A stretch of 64,000 nucleotides of DNA from a virus. Lineage: Duplodnaviria > Caudoviricetes. The notes under the pieces were generated by a model. That model saw only the letters and a program-made list of their open reading frames with translations. It did no database searches and was not told the DNA's origin. This document shows positions 1-10,000 of this stretch, piece by piece. Each line of letters begins with the position of its first letter. Position 1 is the stretch's first letter. The stretch lies in IMG/VR virus record IMGVR_UViG_3300010149_000008. One strand, given 5' to 3'. A program made the translations under genes and the position numbers.

Positions 1-2
1 AT

Positions 3-1472
3 GTTAATGGTCAAGATATTCACACAATTAATTTAGCAACTAGACCTTATTTGACAGGAAATCAACTAAACAACGATGGAAGTGGATTTACAAACTTAAC
101 TAGTCCTACACCTGCAAGAGATGCCAATAATCGACCAGACTTTGACAGTGTATATAGAACATCAAAGTTTGTTATAACGCCAGAAGATCAAAGATTAGGA
201 TATAATTTTGCAAAAGTTGTTCATGTTACTGATGATGGTGACGAAGAATCAAATACAATTGAGTGGATTAATGATAATAACACAGACACACCAGATTTTA
301 CAGATAATGGTGCAGCTACTTATTCCATTGATTCTGCACAAATATCTTCAACAGAGACAAACAGCTTATCTGGAATTGCATATTATAAAAAAGTAACAAA
401 TGTACCTTACGAAATAAGCGTAAAAAATATGTATAAAAATATTTACAGTTCGGCATCTGATGCTGTTGTAGTATCAGATGCAGATAATAATTCAAAAATT
501 AAATCTATTTTATTGACAGGTATAAATAATAATGCAATTACGAATGTAGGATCACATACTTTGCCTGGCAATTCAAGATCTGGAAGTAAAGCTTTACCTG
601 TTATAACAGCTTTAGGCGATGAGTTTGAAGTTCTAAAAGTTGCATCAATCTTTGAAGTTGACTATGCTAAGTCTATACTAGATTTAGACGCAGTTGATAA
701 TTATGCAAATATGAACGACATTACTATTAATACAACTGTTAAACATCCAATAAATGCAGCTAATGGTGAAATAACAAGTGGTGTTAATGAAACTGCAACA
801 TCAAATAAATTTTTGCAATATACAGTCAGTACCGATAATCAATCTTTAGTTGAAGAAGACTTTAGTAACGAAACAAGAAGACTTCTTTCTAGCTGGGCAA
901 ACGCAAATGATAATCAAGCAGCTGCAAGTGGATCAAGTTGGGTCTCTACAGCAGAGCTTACTGACGGGTTAATGATGTATGACGATAAAATTAGATATCC
1001 TGATGGTGACTTTAGAGATGCAAATGTAAATATACATGCGCCAGCTGGCAATCCAAACTATACAGGATCTACAGGAACAAAGAGTTTTTATAGAATATTT
1101 CAAAACACTACACAAAATGCTAAAACTGGATTTAGTTTGCAACTTCAAGGTAGTGGTAGTGTTATAGTGGACCCAGGCACAGCTTTCTCTGCAACAAATA
1201 TTAAAATAGCAGTCAAGATACCAGAAACTGGCGATGCACAATCAACAGGATATCTAAATATTGCAAAAGCATTTGAAACAGGACAATATAATGATGGTGA
1301 TGGCTCTCTAAGTGGTAATCTATCAAATTCTATTACAAACGGGCAGACAATAACAAATACAATAACTTTTGGACAAAAATTCCTGCAACCTAATGAATAC
1401 TTTGTTTTAAAACTGGAAGCAAATGAAAATTGGACAGGATATTTAAGTAATATAACAGTGGATTGGAGTTAA
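3..1472 (+). CDS. Virion structural protein, 5'-truncated (hypothetical)
   Basis: The frame is open from position 3 (VNGQDIHTINLATRPYLTGNQ...), so the TTG at 51 is probably not the true start. Asn/Thr/Ser/Asp-rich and beta-like; directly upstream of the fibre genes. No catalytic motif recognised. Confidence 0.55.
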   Translation, partial: VNGQDIHTINLATRPYLTGNQLNNDGSGFTNLTSPTPARDANNRPDFDSVYRTSKFVITPEDQRLGYNFAKVVHVTDDGDEESNTIEWINDNNTDTPDFTDNGAATYSIDSAQISSTETNSLSGIAYYKKVTNVPYEISVKNMYKNIYSSASDAVVVSDADNNSKIKSILLTGINNNAITNVGSHTLPGNSRSGSKALPVITALGDEFEVLKVASIFEVDYAKSILDLDAVDNYANMNDITINTTVKHPINAANGEITSGVNETATSNKFLQYTVSTDNQSLVEEDFSNETRRLLSSWANANDNQAAASGSSWVSTAELTDGLMMYDDKIRYPDGDFRDANVNIHAPAGNPNYTGSTGTKSFYRIFQNTTQNAKTGFSLQLQGSGSVIVDPGTAFSATNIKIAVKIPETGDAQSTGYLNIAKAFETGQYNDGDGSLSGNLSNSITNGQTITNTITFGQKFLQPNEYFVLKLEANENWTGYLSNITVDWS

Positions 1473-1475
1473 TAA

Positions 1476-2507
1476 ATGTCGTTATCATCTTCTTCAAAAG
1501 AAAATATTTCACTTAAAAAGCTAGTTGGTAAAGCTCATACTTCCAACGCACTTGAAGCTTTTAATGAAAACAAAACTACAGGTTTGACGTTAAGCACAAC
1601 TTCAATATTTGCTGAAACTATTTCTACAACTCCTGTTAGCACAAACCTATATGAAATTACAGGCAATACTGTAGAGTATGTTAGATTAGTAGCAACAGCT
1701 TTACCTGAGTCACTTGTAAATGGAAAATATCATGCTTTTAAATTAAGCTTGCCCACTGATTATGAAGCTAATTCATCAAATACAAAGGCAGGCACATTAT
1801 CTTTTTTAGACAGTCAAGTCTTAAATACTTCGATTGGAAAACTACAATTAGTATCACCACAGTTTTCTGATTTATATGAAGCAAAAGTTTACTATAATGG
1901 TGATGGAACAAAGTCAAACGGTACAAGAATTCCTTTATTAGACGACAGATCTTGGTACTTGGACTATTTTAATGGCATACTTTTTCAAGAAATACCTCCA
2001 GACAATGCTAATGAAAATCCAAGTCATGTTGAGGCTTATATTTATATTGGTAATATGGCTTCAACGGAAATAGCTAATGGAAGTGTTGATTTAACAACAT
2101 CATCAATTGGAGACTTGAGTGATGTTAGTATTGCAGGAATACAAGATGGACAAATTTTAAAGTGGGATACTGATGCAGTAGGTGGTCCTAAATTTGTACC
2201 TTCAGCAGATGGTGGTAATGGTTCGTCTTTCACAGCAGATACTTCTACATTATGGGCTTTAGATGACAATGGAAATCTATATCCTCATGGAATAATTGAT
2301 GGAACTTTAGATACAGGAATGTTTGCAATAGAGTTAAGTTCTGGCAATATGGATTTTACTAGTAATAATACTACTTTAGATGATATTGTTAATGCAATAC
2401 AAAATATGAATGCTTATACTTTATCCGGTAGAAATCAGGCTAGCATAAGTGATACTTATTGGGAGTTTGATGTAAACGGTAATGTAACACCTAAAGCTGC
2501 TGAATAA
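1476..2507 (+). CDS. Putative virion structural protein (hypothetical)
   Basis: 343 aa, starts 3 nt after the previous stop. Contains a short fibre-type segment (IGDLSDVSIAGIQDGQILKWD). Context is structural. Confidence 0.5.
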   Translation: MSLSSSSKENISLKKLVGKAHTSNALEAFNENKTTGLTLSTTSIFAETISTTPVSTNLYEITGNTVEYVRLVATALPESLVNGKYHAFKLSLPTDYEANSSNTKAGTLSFLDSQVLNTSIGKLQLVSPQFSDLYEAKVYYNGDGTKSNGTRIPLLDDRSWYLDYFNGILFQEIPPDNANENPSHVEAYIYIGNMASTEIANGSVDLTTSSIGDLSDVSIAGIQDGQILKWDTDAVGGPKFVPSADGGNGSSFTADTSTLWALDDNGNLYPHGIIDGTLDTGMFAIELSSGNMDFTSNNTTLDDIVNAIQNMNAYTLSGRNQASISDTYWEFDVNGNVTPKAAE

Positions 2508-2544
2508 TATATTCAAATCAATAAAACTTTTTGCAAACTAATAA

Positions 2545-2552
2545 ATATTTAT
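2545..2552 (+). promoter_or_regulatory. Candidate late promoter motif ATA[AT]TTA[AT]
   Basis: ATATTTAT(AAATG), 42 nt before the fibre 1 start. Confidence 0.5.
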
Positions 2553-2586
2553 AAATGAAATGAAATCAAGTTAGGAATAATAAAAT

Positions 2587-5500
2587 ATGGCAACTCGAAA
2601 TTTAGTACCAAGAGGCAATAATGAAGGTAGCTTAGGTATCGATGGTCAACGTTGGTCAGCTCTTCATGTAGCCAGCATATCGACTGATACATTAAAAGTA
2701 ACTAATATACAGTTAAAAGCAAACGACAATTTATCGCTGTTTACTAAAGGTGCAGGTATAGAAGATATATCAACAAATGGCAGCGGACAATTTGTTATTG
2801 CTATGGACGATACTTTTTTATCAAGTTTAGGCTTTAATGCAGATGGTTCAAAACCTGACTTTTCTGCTAACGGAACAGTTTTGGCAGGTGATAGTTTTAT
2901 TGTTGCTATTAACAAGTTAGATACAGCAGTGAGTAATGTTGCTGATCCTACTAGTTTAGATACAACAAACTTTACAAACGGTGTAATCGACACAGATATT
3001 TCTGACGTTTCCGGTGCAGATGATACTCTTGCGTCAGCAAAAGCAATAAAGACTTATGTAGATGCTCAAATAACTCTACAAGATTTAGACTTTCAAGGCG
3101 ATAACGGAGGTGCTTTAGCAGTAGACTTAGACAGTCAAGTTTTGACGATTGCTGGCGGAACAGGATTGACTTCAACGGGTGCAGGTCAAACTTTAACTAT
3201 GGCTTTAGACGACACAGCAGTAACGCCAGGCTCTTACGGATCAGCAACAGCTATTCCAACATTTACAGTCGACCAGCAAGGTAGATTAACAGCAGCAAGC
3301 TCTGTTGGAATAACAACAGTACTTACAGTTGATGCAGATGGCGCTGGATCGCAAAACGTTTCTCTTTCAGCAGACGATTTACAGATTTTAGGTGGCACTG
3401 GATTAACATCTTCGATTTCAAGACCTGATGTTGATGGAAACCCAGGCACAGATGTAATAGTTTCAATAGCCTTAGACGACACATCAGTAACAGCAGGCTC
3501 TTACGGATCAACAACAGCTATTCCTACATTTACTGTAGATGATCAAGGTAGACTAACAGCAGCAGGAACAACTAACGTAGCAATTCCTTCAACACAAGTT
3601 ACAGACTTTGAAGAGGCTGTACAAGATACAGTAGACGCACAATTTGATAATGGTACACATACAGGAATTTCTGTAACTTATACAGATGATGGTGGTGGAA
3701 GTGATGGTGCTCTGAGCTTAGCAATCATAAATTCTGGTGTAACAGCAGCAATGCTAAATAACGACATAATATCAGGAAAATCTGCTTTAGAAGCCGGTCT
3801 AGCATCAACAGATGAATTTTTAATTAGTGATGCAGGTACTGTTAAGAAAATGGATGTTTCAGTACTTCAAACATACTTGCAGTCTAACTTAAACTTTACA
3901 TCAAACACAGACGTTGATGTATCTAAGGCAAATTTATCAACAAGATTAGCTTCATATGATAGTAATGATACTTTAAACATTGGTGATGCTGATAATGATA
4001 CTTCGGTAGTTATTAGAGGTAACTTAACTGTTAAAGGAAATACAACTACAGTGGATTCAACTACAGTTAGTATTCAAAACGCATTTGTTTTTGAAGGAGC
4101 AACAGATGATGAATTTGAAACAACTCTAACAACAATTGATCCAACAGCTGATAGATCAATAACTTTGCCAGACCAAAGTGGTAGTATCTTAGTTTTAGAC
4201 TCAGCTACTGCTGATAATGATAAAAATACAGTTGTTACTTCAACACCTTCAGAACTTAATCTTTTAGACGGATCAATAGCTGATACTGTAGTTGATAGTA
4301 AAGCAGTCATTTACAGTAATGCAGGAAACGTAAGAGCAACATCATTTACTGGCCCGTTAATTGGAGATGTAACAGGCAACGCTGACACTGCTTCTACTTT
4401 GGAAACTGCTCGTGCCATAACACTTGGCGGCGATTTAGGTGGTACAGCAAATTTTAACGGTTCATCTGATATTACGATAAATGCTACAATTCAAGCTGGA
4501 TCTGTTGAAAACACAATGTTAGCAATCGACGGTTGGTCATTAAGTTTAAACGGTGCAGCACAAGAAGATATAAACTTAGGCGACACTTTAGACTTTAACG
4601 GTACAGCTAGTCAAGTTACAATAGCATATGACGCTGCAAATCAAGATCTAACATTTAGTCTTCCAGCAACTATAGATGTAGATACTAGCGGAAATGCTGC
4701 TACTGCAGCTGCTTGGGAAAATGCAAGAACGCTAACTCTCGGGGGAGACTTAACAGGCAACGTTTCAATTAACGGCTCTCAGGATGTAACACTAAATGCA
4801 ACAGTTGCTGACGGTTCTATTGAAAACTCTATGTTAGCAGATGACGCTGTAGGAGCAGCTGAGCTTGCATCTGATGCTGTGGTAAATGCATCAATCGCAG
4901 CAAATGCAGCAATAGATCTAGATAAATTAGACTGGACATCAGAAAGTGCAGTTTTAACAGACTTTGCTCAAGATGATAAACTATTTATTTATGATAAAGA
5001 TGTTACTACGATTAAATCTATGACTTTGAGTAGTCTTGAAGATGCAGTATTTGGAAACATCAGCGGAGATGCAACAATTGCAGCAGGCGGAGCTTTGACA
5101 ATAGCAAATAATTCTGTTGAAAATGGAATGCTAGCTGGAAGTATTGCAAATGATAAGTTATCTAATTCATCAATTAATTTTGGTGGTATATCATTAGCGC
5201 TAGGTGGCTCTGATACAACGCCAGCATTTAATTTATCAGACGCAACAAATTATCCTACGACGTCTCTCGTTGGAACAATAACAAACGAACAATTAGCAGG
5301 CACCATAAGTGACGATAAATTAAGCCAATTAACAACAGCAAACAAAGTATCAGTCTCTGCGATTGATTTAGACGGAGCAACAGCTTCAGGCGCATTAGTT
5401 GCTGCAGATTTAATACTTGTAGACGACGGAGCAAATGGAACAAATAGAAAATCTACATTAACACAGCTAGTTTCTTTCTTACAAGATAATACCTCATTAA

Positions 5501-6648
5501 CTTCTTTAAGTTCACTTTCAGGCGTTGGAACAATAACCTCAGGTGTTTGGAACGGTACAGCAATTGCTGATGCTAATGTTGCAAATGACTTAACAATTAG
5601 TGGTGGATCTGTTGATAGTTCTATTATTGGTGCAAATGCTCCTGCTGCGGGCACATTTACAACATTAACAGCAAACACAAGCTTAACAATTGGCGGTACT
5701 ACAACAGTTACTCAAATACTAGACGAAGACAACATGGCGTCTGATTCAGCAACATCTCTTGCAACTCAACAGAGTATTAAAAAATATGTTGATGATCAAA
5801 TTACTGCACAAGATTTGGACTTTACAACATCTTCAGGCGCAGGTGCAGTTGATTTAGACAGCCAAACACTAGCATTAACAGTAGAAGCAAATAAGTTAAT
5901 TATAACACACGAAGATCAAACAGTTAAGTTTGACGTAGGATCTGATATTGTACAATTAACTGAAGCTCAAACTTTAACTCAAAAAACTTTAACTTCACCA
6001 ATAGTTTCAGGTTTATCATTGAGCGACTCTTCTATAGTATTTGAAGGCGCAACTTCAGACGACTTTGAGACAACTTTGTCTGTAGAAGATCCAACTGCTG
6101 ATAGAACTGTTACAATACCTAATGCAACTGATACTCTTGTAGGTAGAGCTACGACAGATACTCTTACAAGTAAATCAATTGATGCTGACAATAATACAAT
6201 TACTAATCTTGAAGTTGATAATCTTAAAGCAGGAGTTTTAGATACAGATTTATCAGCAGTTTCTGCAAATGATGACACAGTAGCTTCTGCAAAAGCTATT
6301 AAGACTTATGTTGATGATCAATTAGGAAGATTTGGAGGTATATTCTTAACAGACAAAGCTAATGACAATGGAAAAGAAATAGTAACTACAAGATCTCAAG
6401 CACTTGGAATTGACTTTGATTATACTCGAGATGTTATCTTTGAAGCTGCTCCACTTGTTAGATCGCACTTTGGTCCTTTCGCATATAGTTTAAAAGACTT
6501 AAGAGACTCATCAGGAGATCAAGGCTCTGATATTGTTTTCTTTGGTGCAACATCAACAGGCGCTTCAGATAGACACTTCTTGGTAATCGGAAGTGGTGCT
6601 GACAAAGGTGATACGAAGTTTACAGGAGCACACGAAGAAACGCCATAA
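2587..6648 (+). CDS. Long tail fibre-like protein 1 (modular, repeat-rich)
   Basis: 1353 aa, Ala/Gly/Thr/Asp/Ser-rich. Repeated fibre motifs: SAKAIKTYVD-type x3, YGS.TAIPTFTVD.QGRLTAA x2, FEGAT.D.FETTL...DPTADR x2, AR.ITLGGDL.G x2. SD-like AGGA upstream. Confidence 0.8.
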   Translation: MATRNLVPRGNNEGSLGIDGQRWSALHVASISTDTLKVTNIQLKANDNLSLFTKGAGIEDISTNGSGQFVIAMDDTFLSSLGFNADGSKPDFSANGTVLAGDSFIVAINKLDTAVSNVADPTSLDTTNFTNGVIDTDISDVSGADDTLASAKAIKTYVDAQITLQDLDFQGDNGGALAVDLDSQVLTIAGGTGLTSTGAGQTLTMALDDTAVTPGSYGSATAIPTFTVDQQGRLTAASSVGITTVLTVDADGAGSQNVSLSADDLQILGGTGLTSSISRPDVDGNPGTDVIVSIALDDTSVTAGSYGSTTAIPTFTVDDQGRLTAAGTTNVAIPSTQVTDFEEAVQDTVDAQFDNGTHTGISVTYTDDGGGSDGALSLAIINSGVTAAMLNNDIISGKSALEAGLASTDEFLISDAGTVKKMDVSVLQTYLQSNLNFTSNTDVDVSKANLSTRLASYDSNDTLNIGDADNDTSVVIRGNLTVKGNTTTVDSTTVSIQNAFVFEGATDDEFETTLTTIDPTADRSITLPDQSGSILVLDSATADNDKNTVVTSTPSELNLLDGSIADTVVDSKAVIYSNAGNVRATSFTGPLIGDVTGNADTASTLETARAITLGGDLGGTANFNGSSDITINATIQAGSVENTMLAIDGWSLSLNGAAQEDINLGDTLDFNGTASQVTIAYDAANQDLTFSLPATIDVDTSGNAATAAAWENARTLTLGGDLTGNVSINGSQDVTLNATVADGSIENSMLADDAVGAAELASDAVVNASIAANAAIDLDKLDWTSESAVLTDFAQDDKLFIYDKDVTTIKSMTLSSLEDAVFGNISGDATIAAGGALTIANNSVENGMLAGSIANDKLSNSSINFGGISLALGGSDTTPAFNLSDATNYPTTSLVGTITNEQLAGTISDDKLSQLTTANKVSVSAIDLDGATASGALVAADLILVDDGANGTNRKSTLTQLVSFLQDNTSLTSLSSLSGVGTITSGVWNGTAIADANVANDLTISGGSVDSSIIGANAPAAGTFTTLTANTSLTIGGTTTVTQILDEDNMASDSATSLATQQSIKKYVDDQITAQDLDFTTSSGAGAVDLDSQTLALTVEANKLIITHEDQTVKFDVGSDIVQLTEAQTLTQKTLTSPIVSGLSLSDSSIVFEGATSDDFETTLSVEDPTADRTVTIPNATDTLVGRATTDTLTSKSIDADNNTITNLEVDNLKAGVLDTDLSAVSANDDTVASAKAIKTYVDDQLGRFGGIFLTDKANDNGKEIVTTRSQALGIDFDYTRDVIFEAAPLVRSHFGPFAYSLKDLRDSSGDQGSDIVFFGATSTGASDRHFLVIGSGADKGDTKFTGAHEETP
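3202..3566 (+). repeat. Imperfect direct repeat (about 98 bp x2) inside fibre 1
   Basis: 3202-3299 and 3469-3566 align with about 12 mismatches; both encode ALDDT.VT.GSYGS.TAIPTFTVD.QGRLTAA. Confidence 0.9.
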
Positions 6649-6705
6649 TCTAATCGCTCTGTTTTTTATCTGTTAAACAAAACAATAATTTGTATAAAAA
6701 TATAT

Positions 6706-7008
6706 GTGAAACAAACGAAAGTGAAACAGATGAAAAACAAGGCAATATCTGAGTCTATGAAAAAGTTCTGGGAAGAAAAAGGGAAAGACTTTCTTAGCGA
6801 AGTAAACAAAAAAAGAAGTAATACATTAAAAAATCAGTGTGTTTATCTTAAAAAAGAAGGTGAAAAGCCTTTTCCTTGCAATATTGAATTAATACTTTCA
6901 AAACTTTCTGAAGGTTATTTGATAGTTAGCACAACGAAAAACAAAGAAAAAGTATATAACTATTTCGGGGAAGTTCCGGACTTTTTTTGGGCCGAGAAAA
7001 ATAAATAG
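6706..7008 (+). CDS. Small basic protein with NUMOD3-like DNA-binding motif (possible homing endonuclease remnant)
   Basis: 100 aa, Lys-rich. KAISESMKKFWE and KKRSNTLK resemble NUMOD3-type helices. No HNH, GIY-YIG or LAGLIDADG catalytic motif is visible. Confidence 0.4.
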   Translation: MKQTKVKQMKNKAISESMKKFWEEKGKDFLSEVNKKRSNTLKNQCVYLKKEGEKPFPCNIELILSKLSEGYLIVSTTKNKEKVYNYFGEVPDFFWAEKNK

Positions 7009-7030
7009 CATAAAATTAAATTACAATAGA

Positions 7031-7038
7031 ATAATTAA
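7031..7038 (+). promoter_or_regulatory. Candidate late promoter motif
   Basis: ATAATTAA, 55 nt before the fibre 2 start. Confidence 0.35.
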
Positions 7039-7085
7039 GCATATGATTTTGTGGTTAGTTAGACAAACCAAAGAAAGGGATTAAC

Positions 7086-10000
7086 ATGTCCGCATTAAAA
7101 CCAGATGTCGATGGTACTCATGATTTAGGTACTTCGGCACTTAGATGGAGAGCTCTCCATGTAGATACAATTACAACAGCAACTGCTGCCCAAGGAGGTT
7201 CAGACTGTACTGTTGGAACAAATTTAGTAGTAACTGGAAACTTAACAGTAAACGGTGACACTACTACTTTAAGCACAACAAATTTAGTTATTGAAGATAA
7301 AACAATTACACTTGCAAATGGTGCAGCAGACTCAGCAGCTGCAGATGGAGCAGGAATTTCAGTTGATGGCGCATCAGCAACATTAATTTACGATCATACA
7401 GGAACGCAATGGGAATTTAACAAACCTTTAGAAGTTCAAGGTAATGTTTTACCGCAAGCAGATGCAACACATGATTTAGGCTCTACTTCTTTAGGATGGA
7501 ATGACTTACATCTTGGAAGTGGCGGAGTTATTAACTTTAATGATGGTGACGTAACTGCAACGCATTCAGCAAATTTATTAACAGTTACAGGTGGTAATAC
7601 TAGAGTTGATAGACTTGAAATTGATAGCGCTGATGATCATATTGATGTAAACACAGATTTGACTTTGACAGCATCAGCTGGAATCGTTCTTGACGCTGTA
7701 ACAGATATTGTATTAGACGCTGATGGTGATGATATTACTTTCAAGGCAGGCGCCGGCGATTCTACTGGTTTAAAATGGTCACAAAGTAATTCAGGCGATT
7801 GGACTAATTTAGTTGGTACTCAAGACAAAGACTTGATTTTCCAAGTTAATGATGGTGGCGCAGCGACTGAAGTAATGAGACTTGACGGTGACGTTTCTTC
7901 ATTGCTTATGGCAGGAACAAAGAAAATTACTTTTGGTGATGCAGGATCATTTGTTCATCAATCTGCTGATGGTAAATTAGCAATTAGCTCTGATGGTGCT
8001 GTTGCAGATGCTGTAGTAGTTACATCTTCAAATGCTGCTGGCGGTATTGATATTGATGCAGGAACTGGTGGCGTTTCAATTGATTCAACAGGAGCTTTTT
8101 CTATAGATGGTGCAGCTGCTTCAAATATTTCAGTTGCAACAGACTCTGATGCAGAAGATTTAACAATTTCAGTTACTGGCGATACAAATTCTAGTTTAGT
8201 ATTAAGCTCATCAGGTACAGCAGCAGATGCTTTAAGTATTTTAACTTCTGCTGGTGGTATGGATATTACAGTTGCAGGTGCAGCTGCTGGTGAAGATTTG
8301 GACATAACTTCAAATACTTCTATAAATATTAATGCAACAGAAACGCAACCTAACGCTATAACATTACTTGCTACTAATGGTGGAATAATGTTAGATTCAG
8401 CTTTGAAAATCGACATTAACTCTACAGGTGGAGTTATTAATATAGGTAATCAAGACAACAGCCAAAATATTAATATAGGTACTGATGGTGATAGAACAAT
8501 TAATATTGGTGTTGATAATCATTCAAACACTATTGATTTAAGTGCTCAAACTCTTACTTTAGATGCAGGATCAAGCGGATTTACTATGGATGGAGCTGCT
8601 GCATCATCTGTTTCAACTTCTGATGGTGCATTAACAGTTAACGGTAAAACAGGATTAAACCTTCAAGAAGATGGAACAAGCGTTATCGCAATTGACACTA
8701 ATAGAGACGTTTTATTCTCGCAAACAGGCGGATCAACTGGTGATCCAGACGTTGAATTTGATGGATATGTAAGATTTGATGGATCTTCTGAATTTGATGG
8801 CGCAGTTCAAGTTGACGGAACATTAACAGCAAACGCAGCAGTTTCTGTTCAAAGTACATTAACTGTTGGCGAAGATGATACTGGGTATGACGTTAAGCTA
8901 TTTGGTGCAACTAGTGGACAATATTTACTTTGGGATGAAAGTCGGGACGAGCTAGTTCTTGCTGGTGATACAAAACTTTCATTCCACGATGATTCTTCGT
9001 CAGGTGGAGAAAACATTGTAGCTTCTGCTGATGGTCATTTGGAAGTAAACGCAGGAACAACATTAGACATGACAGCTCCTACGGTTGATATTAATGCTAC
9101 AGCCGTTACTATTGATACTGATACTGTAACAGTAGGATCAGCTAATGCTTCTGATCCTTTATTTGTACTTAAAAATACAACTAATGACGCTGATGGTGCA
9201 AGACTAAGATTTGTTAAAGATAAAGGTGCAGCTGGTGCGCAAGGTGATGATGCAGGTGTTATTCAGTTCTTTGCTGACAATGCAGCACAACAACAAACTG
9301 AGTTTGCAAGAGTTACTGCAGAAGTTCAAACAGCTACAGACGGTCAAGAAGGAGGTAAGCTTTCTTTAAGCGTTGCTGAGCATGATGGTACAATGACAGC
9401 TGGTTTAGTTCTTACAGAAGGCAGTACTGATGGTGTTATTGATGTTTCAATTGGTGCTGGTACTGGTTCGACTACAACAATTGCAGGCAATTTAACTGTT
9501 AATGGAACTACAACAACTGTTAACTCAACTACTGTGCAAGTTGATGATAAAAACATTGAATTAGGTGTAGGCTCAGCAAATGATGCTGCTGCTGATGGTG
9601 GAGGTATTACTCTCAAATCAGGTGACGGTGATAAAACATTTAACTGGATTAATTCTACAAGCTCTTGGACTTCTAGTGAAGATCTAGACTTAGTCAACGG
9701 AAAACACTTGAGCATTGCTGGTACAACAGTATTAACAGCTGACGGTGTTGCAAAGGTACAATCAGGCGTTGCAGGTGCAGGTTTATCTCATACTGATGGT
9801 GTGCTAGCTTTAGATATAGACGAATTAAACGCTCTAGGCGGAACGGGTATTGATCAAGCTGATCATTTTGTTTTCTCAGATGGTGGAACTGAAAAGAAGA
9901 TTACTTTCTCAAACCTTGAAGATGCAATTTTTGCAAATGTAAGTGGCGATGCTACAGTAGCAGCAGGTGGAGCTTTGACAATTGCAGCAGGTGCAATTGA

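Noticed and set aside
3202-3566. Fibre repeat pair as a diversity-generating retroelement TR/VR
   Set aside because: Mismatches are not adenine-specific (t/c, g/t, c/g and others) and fall mostly at wobble positions; no reverse transcriptase is in the window.
6649-6705. Rho-independent terminator after fibre 1
   Set aside because: Only a weak A/T-only stem (TGTTT...AAACA) and no GC-rich hairpin followed by a U-tract.
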